A stretch of 64,000 nucleotides of DNA from an uncultured Actinomycetes bacterium (GCA_964499205.1 CAZCJX010000005.1:1205-65204), one strand, 5' to 3'; positions 37,788 through 46,722 are shown, numbered from the stretch's first letter. Made by a program: numbers and translations. Notes: generated by a model from the sequence alone, not told the origin.

Positions 37788-39215
37788 TTAGGACGCGAAG
37801 TTGTACGGATAAAACTGAACACCCAGTGCTGTCAGCTCATCGTAGATATGCTGGAAGATATCTTGGCTATTGCCGAACGTGTAGGTTGCGTTGCCAGAGG
37901 TGATCCCCACAGCCGCCGTGGAGTCGAAGTTGGGTCCACCGCTATCGCCGGGAATTGAACCATACGACGCTTCGCGCATGTACGTGAAGCACTGGTTATT
38001 CGGGTAGCAGACAGACTCATTGTGGATGGCCTCGTCGCCGCAGTTGTAGTTCGACGAGATGCCAGCCTGGCACATCGGTTCACCCACGTAATCACCGTCC
38101 TGCGCCTGCGCATGGTTCACCTGCACATAGGTCGGCGAGTTCACGGGCGTGGCGTACAGCAACACAGTATCGATGATGCCGGGATGCGTATTGATGTTGA
38201 TGATCATTCCGTCTCGGCTGATCGGGACGCCGTTTGCGGCGACCGTCCCCATGGGCGTCACTTCCTGGACCCACGGGTCGCTGGCCGATCCAGTCATGCA
38301 ATGGCCCGCGGTGAGGATGTAGAAGTTGCTCAGGTTGAAATTGAGGGAGTTCGGCGAATACACCGGGAAGCCCGCCGAGCAGATGGCACCGTTGACGTTG
38401 TCGACGATCTCATCCCCGCCGCCGAACGGTGGAGTGTCGACGTAGCCGCACTTCGGCGTATTCTGGCCGACCATGTCACATGGCAGCTTCTGGTATGTCT
38501 CGGAGACATCGACCTGCTCGACCGACACAATGGCAGACCCGAAGAGCCCTTGGAGCGTCGCCAGTGCCGTGCTCGGCTGGCTGGTCACGCCAACCGCAAT
38601 CCCATTGTGCGGTGTATCGACGGCGACCTTCGAGAGTGAAATACCGTGATCTGCAAGCGTTGCCCGTGCCGCCACCACATGGCTCTGGATCGACTCCAAT
38701 TCGGCCTCCGTGCGTGAAACTCGCACAACGCGCACCTGGTCGCCGAAGGGAAGGAGTTCTTGGATTGTACTCAGGCGCAGCGGAGAACTCGATTTTGTGA
38801 AGAGTACGTTCACAACTCCGCCGTTGCGCTGATCGGTCCAGATGCCCGCAAAGTCCGACTGCGCATGGATGTAGCGCTGAAACGCCGGATTCTGGATGGC
38901 ATGATCCACCTCCATCCGATGGCTCATGTCCGCAGTTTCGGCCGGCGTGAGGAAGACGCCCCACTCCTGCCGTTGTTCCACCGCGAGCGAACGACCTGCG
39001 ATCAGAGAGGCGATGAAGTGCGGATCGGTGTTGAGCCCGAACGTAGCGCGGAATCGCTGGTCGCGACCTACCTGGGTCGTCGCGGAAAGAAAGGTCTTGG
39101 GAGTTGCTTCGCCTCGCGCCGCCACAGTCGATGGTGAGGCAGCCAGGGCTGGCGTGGCGATGAGGCCCATTAACACACCGCCGACTAGGAGAGACCTTCC
39201 GAACGTAGACGTCAT
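37788..39215 (-). CDS. Secreted S1 (alpha-lytic/streptogrisin-like) serine protease with pro-region
   Basis: Signal peptide (ATPALA), CSAGF, LTAGHC, GDSGGP. Confidence 0.88.
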   Translation of the reverse strand: MTSTFGRSLLVGGVLMGLIATPALAASPSTVAARGEATPKTFLSATTQVGRDQRFRATFGLNTDPHFIASLIAGRSLAVEQRQEWGVFLTPAETADMSHRMEVDHAIQNPAFQRYIHAQSDFAGIWTDQRNGGVVNVLFTKSSSPLRLSTIQELLPFGDQVRVVRVSRTEAELESIQSHVVAARATLADHGISLSKVAVDTPHNGIAVGVTSQPSTALATLQGLFGSAIVSVEQVDVSETYQKLPCDMVGQNTPKCGYVDTPPFGGGDEIVDNVNGAICSAGFPVYSPNSLNFNLSNFYILTAGHCMTGSASDPWVQEVTPMGTVAANGVPISRDGMIININTHPGIIDTVLLYATPVNSPTYVQVNHAQAQDGDYVGEPMCQAGISSNYNCGDEAIHNESVCYPNNQCFTYMREASYGSIPGDSGGPNFDSTAAVGITSGNATYTFGNSQDIFQHIYDELTALGVQFYPYNFAS

Positions 39216-39292
39216 CTCATGCTCCCTTCCTTGCCGACGAGGTATGCGCGTCGAACCCGCCGCATGTATCGGACCCTCGCCGACGTCGCCGC

Positions 39293-39322
39293 ATCCTAGC
39301 GGTTGTCCCGGAAAGGTGTCAA
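39293..39322 (-). promoter_or_regulatory. Sigma70-type promoter of the protease gene
   Basis: TTGACA-N18-TAGGAT on the minus strand. Confidence 0.55.
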
Positions 39323-40093
39323 TCGCCGCAGCCGGGTTGCCGCGGGAAGTTGGCTAGCGACCGACGCTGACCGGCAGTCAGCGATTGGCGTGCAGCGTTC
39401 CCATTTCCTCAGCCGCCGTCGCTAGCGAAACCGTGCCGTCGCCGCGCTCACCTGCCTCCTCCCTCCTGACGACCGGGTCTCTCTTCCATCCTGCGTCACC
39501 GGCCGCTGTGGCTGTGGCTCACGCGCAGATGAATCGTCCAACCCGCGCACCCTTCCCATCGACCACGCGTCGCGGGGTGCACCGGCAGGGGCGGCACGCC
39601 CCTGCACCCCACCTGTCGCGGCGTCCGTACCCCTGCGCGCGACCGCTCCCGGACGTCTGTGGAACACCAGCGCCTATTTCGACAAGGAGGAAGTGGGACT
39701 GGGACCAACGCCGCTTGCCAGGGGCCGCGGCGCCGCGGTGTTCCGGGACGTGCGCGCGCGATGGTGGGTGGCCTGGGAGGCCTCGGGACGCACCGAGCCC
39801 GTGCCGGTGGCCTGGCCGTGGCGGTCATGTGATGGCTTGTGGCGGTGGCTCGGCGTTGGTCCCGAGCAGCCCTGGGCCGCTCTCCTACGCGGCGACGGGA
39901 GCTGTGCGTCGGGTGAGCGGGTCTCGCTGGCTGACGATGGCCCCGCTCCGCTAACCGGACTCGCGGACGACCTCGCGCAGCGATCCGAAAGGTCGCGGTG
40001 GGGACGGCGCTGTGAGTGGTGATGGTCGGTGAGGGCTGCTCCCGCCGCACTCAAGGGCAAAGAACACGACGGCGGCGGGAGCAGCGGAGACGA

Positions 40094-41140
40094 TCAGGCG
40101 GCGGGCATGGGCGCCCCTTCCAGCGCCCACGCGGTCTGAGGTGCAGGGGAGGTGCCCTCGGCTTCGCAGGCTGGGCCAACGCAGGCCGGGTCGATGATGC
40201 CGCTTGTGTAGCCGCACCCCTCGACCACGCGGGCCAGGTCGCGCTCCGTCGTGCGATACGTCTCCGCAAGGCGACGCAGGGTTGGCGCCTGGATGGGAGC
40301 GATAGCGAGGACGCCGTGCTTGGTGGCGATGTCGTGGAAGTTGGTCCGCGCCTCGATCCAGCGCCCGTGCGTCAGCACGGGGAACACGAGACGGCGGGAC
40401 ACGGGCAGCCCGTCGCTGAGCCCGAGGTCGACGGCGCCTTGGACGGTCGCCTCAATGTCGCGTGCGGCAGCATCCAACGGGGACGTGCTGCCCGTGGGGT
40501 GGACGAGGAGGACGACGCCATGTTCACGAGAGGCGTCCAGCCCGGCTGCGGCCGAAGCGGCACCCAACTCATCGTCGGACAGGCGCCCGTCGAGCAGTCG
40601 CAGCAGGACACTGGACTTGTCCTTCCCGTCGGGGGTGGGGCTGTGCATCCCCTGGCGCAGTTCCCTCTCGGCCTCGACGGCGAAAGCCTCCGCCTCCGAC
40701 TTCAGGTGGTCGAGCACGCCCAGCTGCGTGCGGTACGGCGCCGAACCGCTCTTCAGATCGCCGCGTGCAGTGGCGATCGCCCCCTCGATGCCCGACGTCA
40801 TGGCGCCGATGACCTCGTGCTCGGCCAGCCCAGCCCGTGCCGCTAGGGCGCCAAGCATGCGGAAGGCGCTGGCCTCCACCGGCCGCATCGACCGCTTGCG
40901 GTTCCACAGGCAACCCAGGATCAGGGCGGTCTGACAAGCGACGTGCAGCGCCGCCGTGGCACGGGCATCGACGTGTGGCGGCGCATCGCGTCCGACCTGC
41001 CGCATGACCGCGTTCACGCAGCGCGTGTCGATGTCCACGGTCAGGTCACGGCGAACCGCATACCGTCGCCGCCTCTCGGCATTCCACCGCGATGCCCAGG
41101 TGTCGGGCGCCGACCGCAGGACGTGAGTAGAGTCCACCAT
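40094..41140 (-). CDS. PucR/CdaR-like protein apparently lacking the C-terminal HTH
   Basis: LLRLLDG...AAAGLD...HGVVLL and LRRLAETYR resemble the CdaR GGDEF-like core; no HTH follows. Confidence 0.5.
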   Translation of the reverse strand: MVDSTHVLRSAPDTWASRWNAERRRRYAVRRDLTVDIDTRCVNAVMRQVGRDAPPHVDARATAALHVACQTALILGCLWNRKRSMRPVEASAFRMLGALAARAGLAEHEVIGAMTSGIEGAIATARGDLKSGSAPYRTQLGVLDHLKSEAEAFAVEAERELRQGMHSPTPDGKDKSSVLLRLLDGRLSDDELGAASAAAGLDASREHGVVLLVHPTGSTSPLDAAARDIEATVQGAVDLGLSDGLPVSRRLVFPVLTHGRWIEARTNFHDIATKHGVLAIAPIQAPTLRRLAETYRTTERDLARVVEGCGYTSGIIDPACVGPACEAEGTSPAPQTAWALEGAPMPAA

Positions 41141-41299
41141 GTCAATCACCTCACTCGTGATTGGCCACGACCCCGGGTGCGTCAACACCGCGGGGTCACT
41201 ACATTTGTGAGTATACACCTTTTGGTGGTGGCTGTGCCGCCTCTAAATCCATTGCTCTCGCAATTGGCAGCTTCCCGATGTTGGGAACAAAAGGGGGAG

Positions 41300-41989
41300 C
41301 TACACAGCCGGTCGGCGCTGGAACCAGGGCACCTCGGGCCCCGGCTCGACCTTGCACCAGTCGCGTTCCCCGATGACGACGTGGTGCAGGAACAGCAAGC
41401 CGACCATGTCACCCGCCGTCGCCATGCGGCTAGTGACGGCGCCGTCCTCCACGCTTGGCCGGGCCTCCCCGCTGGGGTGGTTATGCGCCAATGCAAAGGC
41501 GCGGCCTTTGTGTCGCAGCACGCACCCGAGAACCTCGCTCGGGGAGACGGGGGCCCAGTCAGCTGTTCCCGTGGCCACGATCTCGGTGTGGATCAGGCGG
41601 AGGTTGGCGTTGGCCACCAGAAGCAGCAGGCATTCGCGGTCGCGGTGGCCCAACTCTCGGAACGCCACGCGAGCCGTGGCCTCCGGGGAGGTCAGGGTGA
41701 TGCATTCACGGGGGTCGGACAAAGCACGTCGGGCCAGCGTGAAGGCTGCGACCAATGCCGATGCCTTGGCTGGCCCAACTCCCCGTGTCCACATCAGGTC
41801 TTCGGCACGAGCCTTCGACAGGCCATGGAGTCCGCCCCAGTCGCGCAGCAGCGCGTCGGCGATCTCGTGGGCCCTCTGCAGAGGAAGGCCGGAGCCGAGG
41901 ACCGCGGCGAGGAGGTCGCGCGCCGGCGGCAGGTCGTCGCGCGACGACGCGTCGGGCGGAGCCAGTGTGACTACGCGAGCGTGGCGCAT
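41300..41989 (-). CDS. radC: RadC family JAB/MPN protein with HhH
   Basis: GVGPAKA HhH, RECLLLL, AHNHPSGEARPSVED, LHHVVIG. Confidence 0.9.
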   Translation of the reverse strand: MRHARVVTLAPPDASSRDDLPPARDLLAAVLGSGLPLQRAHEIADALLRDWGGLHGLSKARAEDLMWTRGVGPAKASALVAAFTLARRALSDPRECITLTSPEATARVAFRELGHRDRECLLLLVANANLRLIHTEIVATGTADWAPVSPSEVLGCVLRHKGRAFALAHNHPSGEARPSVEDGAVTSRMATAGDMVGLLFLHHVVIGERDWCKVEPGPEVPWFQRRPAV

Positions 41990-42570
41990 GTCGTATACAG
42001 CTCGTCGGTCATGATCGCGTACCAGGTGGAGCGGGTCACGACTAGGTGCTCGATGAGGGGGACACCAAGGCGCTTGAGCCAAAGGTCGAATCTGCGTGTC
42101 TGGAGGCGGTCGGCCTGGGAGGGGTACGGGTTGCCTGTCGGGTGGTTGTGCGCCAGGATCGTGCCCGTCGCTCCGACGAGGAACGCCGGTCGCAGTACGT
42201 CCCGGGGATCTACGCTCGCCCGGTTCAGCGTTCCGCGTGCCACCTCCGTGTAGCCCATGAACCGGCGGTGCACATCGAAGAAGAAGGCGAGCACCGACTC
42301 ATCGGTCTGCCCGCCGATGATCTGCTGTGCCATCTCAGCCACCAGCGCGACGGCGCGCAGCTGCGAGCTGCACTCCGCGAAGAACCAGCCAGTCCCGAGC
42401 TGGAACCGGTACCGCCTCGCGACGACCTCGATGGTGGGCGCGTCGGCGGGGCTCTTGGTCGGTACGGTCAGCGGCAGCCGGACGGGACGAACCGTGACGC
42501 CAGGCGGCGGCCAGCCGTCGTCGCGCCGCCTGCGTGACTGCGCGAACACAGGGACTCTAGAGTCAGTCAA
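41971..42570 (-). CDS. Second RadC-like JAB domain protein (no HhH)
   Basis: DESV, ARGTLNRASVDPRDV, AHNHPTGNPYPSQAD, IEHLVV; AGGAGG RBS before a TTG start. Confidence 0.85.
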   Translation of the reverse strand: MTDSRVPVFAQSRRRRDDGWPPPGVTVRPVRLPLTVPTKSPADAPTIEVVARRYRFQLGTGWFFAECSSQLRAVALVAEMAQQIIGGQTDESVLAFFFDVHRRFMGYTEVARGTLNRASVDPRDVLRPAFLVGATGTILAHNHPTGNPYPSQADRLQTRRFDLWLKRLGVPLIEHLVVTRSTWYAIMTDELYTTCATLA

Positions 42571-42600
42571 GGCCGTGACCTCCTAATCAGGTTGCGGCTC

Positions 42601-42636
42601 GGCCTCGCGGAGGGACCAACTCCGCGGGGCCTCTTT
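42601..42636. terminator. GC-rich hairpin in the radC leader (terminator-like on +)
   Basis: GGCCTCGCGGAG-GGACCAA-CTCCGCGGGGCC followed by TCTTT. Confidence 0.5.
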
Positions 42637-42661
42637 CGGCTTGTTACCTACACACAATTGT

Positions 42662-42690
42662 AGTGTATTCGCGCCCGGTTGGGGCGTCAA
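42662..42690 (-). promoter_or_regulatory. Near-consensus sigma70 promoter driving the radC pair
   Basis: TTGACG-N17-TACACT on the minus strand. Confidence 0.75.
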
Positions 42691-42696
42691 CCGGAC

Positions 42697-42783
42697 TCAC
42701 AGGGACCCGTCGGCGGCGGCGCTCAGGAGCTTGCCAAGCTTCTCATCGAGGTCGCTGAGGTCTTGAATAAGACCTGATTGGGT
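42697..42783 (-). other. Alternative 28-aa integrase C-terminus (joined on excision)
   Basis: In frame with ...NNEIWY across the GT core: TQSGLIQDLSDLDEKLGKLLSAAADGSL*. Confidence 0.7.
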
Positions 42784-42878
42784 GTACCAAATCTCGTTAT
42801 TCAAACCCTCATTCGCGCCATACAGCGCTGCGAAGAAGGGCGTGAACTCGTGGTCGGCGATGCGGCCTCTGCGGATCG
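42758..42878 (+). repeat. attP-like site plus right copy of the direct repeat (integrase stub)
   Basis: GATTGGGT-GT-ACCAAATC inner arms and TTGAATAA/TTATTCAA outer arms; 42784-42878 matches 19284-19378. Confidence 0.85.
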
Positions 42879-42904
42879 GTCAGCGCCTCGTGACGCCCCG
42901 GGCT

Positions 42905-45127
42905 CTATTTCCACCACGGCACGGATGCACTGAGCGCGACCTGGTCCGCGGGCGCCTCCAAATCGCGCAGGTCCTTGTCGATCAGCTCCAGCCAGTCGCA
43001 GGTCCAGGCCACCGCCATCGCCGGCCGGATGCTCATCGACGGCGCAGCTCTCCATGCGTCGAGGCACTGCAGCGCCGCCTGGCGCAGCTCCGCGCGATCG
43101 ACCGCCACGATGTGCACGGCGGGGAGACCATCGATGCGCTCGGCCAGCATGAACCAGGAGGCGACGACGGCACTCCCCTGTGCGGAGATTTGGCGCGCGC
43201 CCTCATGGCAATCGGCCGCGACGTATCCCTGGTCCACCAGCACGTCCAGGGTCTCGGATGCCATCACCAGCTGGTCACTGGCGCCCACCAGCATCTCCGC
43301 GGTTTCGGGCGCAACGTGGTGTGCGCTGCGTTCTCCGAGCAGCTGATCGAGGGCTTCGCCCAGCTTCTCCTGCGCCTCCTCCACGTCGGCGCGCGCATCC
43401 GTGGTGGCGGCCATGCTGCCTTTACCCACCTGCACATTGAGTGATTCGGCGAAGTACACGGCCGCATGGCGGTAAAGGCGAGAAACGGCGCTGGCGAAAT
43501 CGGCGCGCGCGCCTCGCGGCCAGACCAGCAGGGAGACGAGAAGCCCGATGCCGGTCCCGATGGCGATGTCCTCGACGCGCACGAGGCCCACCTGCCAGCC
43601 GGTGGGGACGAGCAGGTTGAAGACGACGATGAGAAGAATGGTGAACGCCGCCTGCCCGACCGTGAACGAGATCGCCGACGGCGCGTACGCGGCGAAGAAG
43701 ACTGCAAGGGGCAGGACTGCCCAGAGCACTGCAGAGTCCTGGGCGAACCAATAGGTGAAAAGCCCGCCGACGACAAAGCCGATCACCGTGCCTGCCAGCG
43801 CCTGCACGGTGCTGCGTCCGGTCGCGAGAACACTCGAGCGCAACACGGACAGGGTTCCCAGCACCACCCAGAAGGCGCGGTCCAGTGAGAACGAGCGCGC
43901 CACAACCACCGCCGCGGCCAGTCCGATGGCCGCGCGCACGCTGGTGTGCAACAGCGACGAGGTCCACGAGAAGTGCGCCGCGGCGGTTCGCCAGACGCGC
44001 GATGCAGCGGCGCGAACGCCGTGTTGGACCGTCGCGCCGTAGGGAACCTGCAGGCTGTGCGTGTCGACGTCGCGCCCTCCGGCGATCGCGGCATTGGTCC
44101 CCATGGCCAGGGTCAGAAAGGAGAGGACGCGAACACGGTGCTCGACCTCCAAACCATCGAGCACCTGCGCGCCGTCGTCGCCTGCACGCAGGTGGCTGCT
44201 CGCCCAGGCGTCGAGCGCCTGCCGATGAGCGATGCGCGCCTCTTCCAAGCGCTCCAGGTCTGGTGGCGGTCCTCCACACAACGCCGCGCCGCTCGCGGAG
44301 AGGACCGCGACCACGCAGGCTGCGAGGACGTCGCCCTCGGGAATCCGGGAGTCGCCGTGTCGCACTGTCCATGCAGTGGCGAACCGCACCGCCCGCTGCA
44401 GCTCCATGACCAACTCGGCGAGGGCGCGTTTGCGACGGGCCGGCCCGGCAAGCCTGCGGTTCCCGGCCATATCTGCGCGCAACCTGGCGAGCGCATCGTC
44501 GGCACGTCGCAGCGGCTCGGTGAGATCGGCATCCACTCGCATCCGCGCGACGAACGCGGCCACGGCGTCGAGGGCGTCCGCGGCGGAGCGGCGCAGCACG
44601 TCGCGGTCGCGGTTGGGCCACAGCAGCATGGCCGCCGGCGTCGCTGCAGCGCCGCCCAGCATCCAGCCGGCCACGCGCTGTGGCACCTGGGTGACAGGCG
44701 CCTGCAGCGATGCAGAGATGACGAAGGCGAGGATGAGTGGAACGGTCGATGCCGCGATGTACCCGCCGAACATAGCAGCGAACTGGATGACGAAGACGAC
44801 CCCCAGAGTCGCCACTGCGGCCGTCCACGGATATGGCGATGCGACGGTGCCCAGCGCCACCAGCGCTGCGCCGGCAAGGGTCGTTCCGGCGAGCGCGCCC
44901 AGGCGGTGCGCCGGTGCGCCACCGAAGTTGCCCAGCACCAGCAGGGCGAACACGGCGAAGAAGGCGAACAACGTCACCTGTCCGTTGTCCAGGACCAACA
45001 GCGCGAAGGCGAATACAAGGGGATTGACGACCGCGACGCGCGCGGCCGTTCGCAGATTGCTGAGCCCGGGGTCCGCCATGATGACCCGCGGCCGCATGCG
45101 CTGCCAGGTCGTGGCTGCAGCTGCCAT
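42905..45127 (-). CDS. FUSC family membrane protein
   Basis: Two multi-TM blocks; FWVVLGTLSVLR and VRVEDIAIG motifs. Confidence 0.85.
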   Translation of the reverse strand: MAAAATTWQRMRPRVIMADPGLSNLRTAARVAVVNPLVFAFALLVLDNGQVTLFAFFAVFALLVLGNFGGAPAHRLGALAGTTLAGAALVALGTVASPYPWTAAVATLGVVFVIQFAAMFGGYIAASTVPLILAFVISASLQAPVTQVPQRVAGWMLGGAAATPAAMLLWPNRDRDVLRRSAADALDAVAAFVARMRVDADLTEPLRRADDALARLRADMAGNRRLAGPARRKRALAELVMELQRAVRFATAWTVRHGDSRIPEGDVLAACVVAVLSASGAALCGGPPPDLERLEEARIAHRQALDAWASSHLRAGDDGAQVLDGLEVEHRVRVLSFLTLAMGTNAAIAGGRDVDTHSLQVPYGATVQHGVRAAASRVWRTAAAHFSWTSSLLHTSVRAAIGLAAAVVVARSFSLDRAFWVVLGTLSVLRSSVLATGRSTVQALAGTVIGFVVGGLFTYWFAQDSAVLWAVLPLAVFFAAYAPSAISFTVGQAAFTILLIVVFNLLVPTGWQVGLVRVEDIAIGTGIGLLVSLLVWPRGARADFASAVSRLYRHAAVYFAESLNVQVGKGSMAATTDARADVEEAQEKLGEALDQLLGERSAHHVAPETAEMLVGASDQLVMASETLDVLVDQGYVAADCHEGARQISAQGSAVVASWFMLAERIDGLPAVHIVAVDRAELRQAALQCLDAWRAAPSMSIRPAMAVAWTCDWLELIDKDLRDLEAPADQVALSASVPWWK

Positions 45128-45305
45128 CGACACCGAGTCTCACTCGCCGCGCGATCCGGCGCAATCGGGACCTTGCACCGAGGGAAGACCGATCCTCGCC
45201 CGGCGCAGCATCCGGCGACTCTGGGGTGGCCACGCGCCGTTGACGCTGTTCAACGCCCCGCTCGATCCAGCGTCGCGCCGCGGCATACTGCGCCGTGTCC
45301 GAAGC

Positions 45306-46346
45306 ATGATCAAGGAACGCCTCACCGCACAGCTTCTCGCCGGCCCGCCGGCGCGCGATCCGGTCGCCGTGGTGGAGCGGCTGCTCGCGGTGCAGGCGCA
45401 GGATCCGCGCGGTGCGCGGCTGGCCATCCGCTCGCGCAGCGAGGGATTGACGGCGGCCGACGTCGACCGCGCCCTCACCGACGATCGCTCGCTGGTGATC
45501 ACCTGGCTCAACCGCGGCACCCTGCATCTGGTCCGCCGCGAGGACTACCCCTGGCTGCAGGCGCTGACCACACCGCGGCTGATCACCGGCAATACGCGTC
45601 GTCTTTCCCAGGAAGGCGTGCCGCCCGAAGCGGCCGAGCGTGGCGTGGCGGTTGTCGAGCGTTCGCTGGCCAGCGAGGGGCCGCTCACCCGCGAGCAGCT
45701 GCGCGACCGCATCCGCGCCGCGGGCATCCGCACCGAGGGGCAGGCGCTCATCCACATCCTCTTCCGTGCCGCTCTGCGCGGGCTCATCGTCCGCGGGCCG
45801 ATGCGCGGCCGCCAGCACTGCTTCGCGCTCACCCGAGACTGGCTGGGCGAGCCCGAGCCGGTCGAGCGCGACCTCGCCCTCGCCGAGCTGGCCCGCCGCT
45901 ACCTCGCTGGCCACGGCCCCGCCGACCAGCGCGACCTGGCGCGCTGGTCCGGGGTGGCTCTGGGCGAAGCGCGCGCCGGGCTGCGGGCCATCGCGTCGCA
46001 GCTCGACGAGCGTCCCGACGGGCTCGTCGATCTCCGCGGCCGGCCACCCGCCGCCGAGCTGCCTCCACCCCGCCTGCTCGGCGCGTACGAGCCGCTGCTG
46101 CTCGGCTGGGCGTCGCGGCGACTGATCGTCGCCGAGCACGAGCAGCGGCTGGTCACCAGCAATGGGCTGTTCCGACCCTTCGCGCTGGTTCGCGGGCGAG
46201 TGGCGGCGACGTGGTCGATGGCGGGTGGCCGGGTCGAGCTGGCACCGTTGTCACCGATCGCCCGCGCCGACCGCAACGCGCTCGAGACCGACGCGGCCGC
46301 GGTGCTGCGCTTCCTCGGCGGCGCCACCGGCGCAGCGGCGGATTGA
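45306..46346 (+). CDS. AlkZ/YcaQ (HTH_42) family DNA glycosylase-like protein
   Basis: AVQAQD, WLNRGTLHLV, RRYLAGHGPA...DLARWSG. Confidence 0.85.
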   Translation: MIKERLTAQLLAGPPARDPVAVVERLLAVQAQDPRGARLAIRSRSEGLTAADVDRALTDDRSLVITWLNRGTLHLVRREDYPWLQALTTPRLITGNTRRLSQEGVPPEAAERGVAVVERSLASEGPLTREQLRDRIRAAGIRTEGQALIHILFRAALRGLIVRGPMRGRQHCFALTRDWLGEPEPVERDLALAELARRYLAGHGPADQRDLARWSGVALGEARAGLRAIASQLDERPDGLVDLRGRPPAAELPPPRLLGAYEPLLLGWASRRLIVAEHEQRLVTSNGLFRPFALVRGRVAATWSMAGGRVELAPLSPIARADRNALETDAAAVLRFLGGATGAAAD

Positions 46347-46464
46347 GCCGAGAGGGGCCCACGCCTTGGACGCCACAACTAGGGTCCGCCTACCGGCGTC
46401 CGGCCGCGAAGCCCGTCACAGCGCCAGGCGCATGCCAGGTAAGACTAAGTGTTACTCTTTCCAC

Positions 46465-46722
46465 ATGCGCACCTCTGAGACCATCACCATCTCCCTCCCG
46501 CCGGAGCTCATGGAAGAGGTCGATCGGCTGGCGGCGACTGAGCATCGGACGAGGAGCGAACTGCTGCGGGAGGCCTTTCGCCAGTACATGGAGAGGCAGC
46601 GGCGTTGGGAACAACTCTTCACGCTGGGTCGCCGCTCGGCCGCTCGCCGCAAGCTGACAGAGGAAGCCATTTCCAACGCGGTGAAGGTACGCCGCCGGGC
46701 TCGTGCTCAACAACCGCGCTGA
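46465..46722 (+). CDS. Ribbon-helix-helix (CopG) antitoxin
   Basis: TITISLPPELMEEVDRLA...RSELLREA; abuts the PIN gene. Confidence 0.85.
   Translation: MRTSETITISLPPELMEEVDRLAATEHRTRSELLREAFRQYMERQRRWEQLFTLGRRSAARRKLTEEAISNAVKVRRRARAQQPR

Larger units (their letters stand above)
19284..42785. mobile_element. 23.5-kb integrative (probably conjugative) element in tRNA-Glu
   Basis: Bounded by direct repeats exactly 23,500 bp apart; carries a serine recombinase, Rep, FtsK, SSB, T4SS genes and RadC; codon style differs from the flanks. Confidence 0.9.

Noticed and set aside
39385-40060. Several overlapping ORFs, including a Trp-rich one at 39693-40022
   Set aside because: No recognisable motif, the RBS is only 2 nt from the GTG, and codon bias is weak; left unannotated.
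19284-42785. Prophage or inovirus interpretation of the island
   Set aside because: No capsid, terminase, tail or Zot-like genes; the VirB4/VirB6/pilin operon points to a conjugative element.
43422-46657. ~900-aa ORFs on both strands, and similar long Arg/Pro/Ala-rich ORFs elsewhere
   Set aside because: These are shadow frames of real high-GC genes (FUSC, AlkZ-like) with no domain signal.
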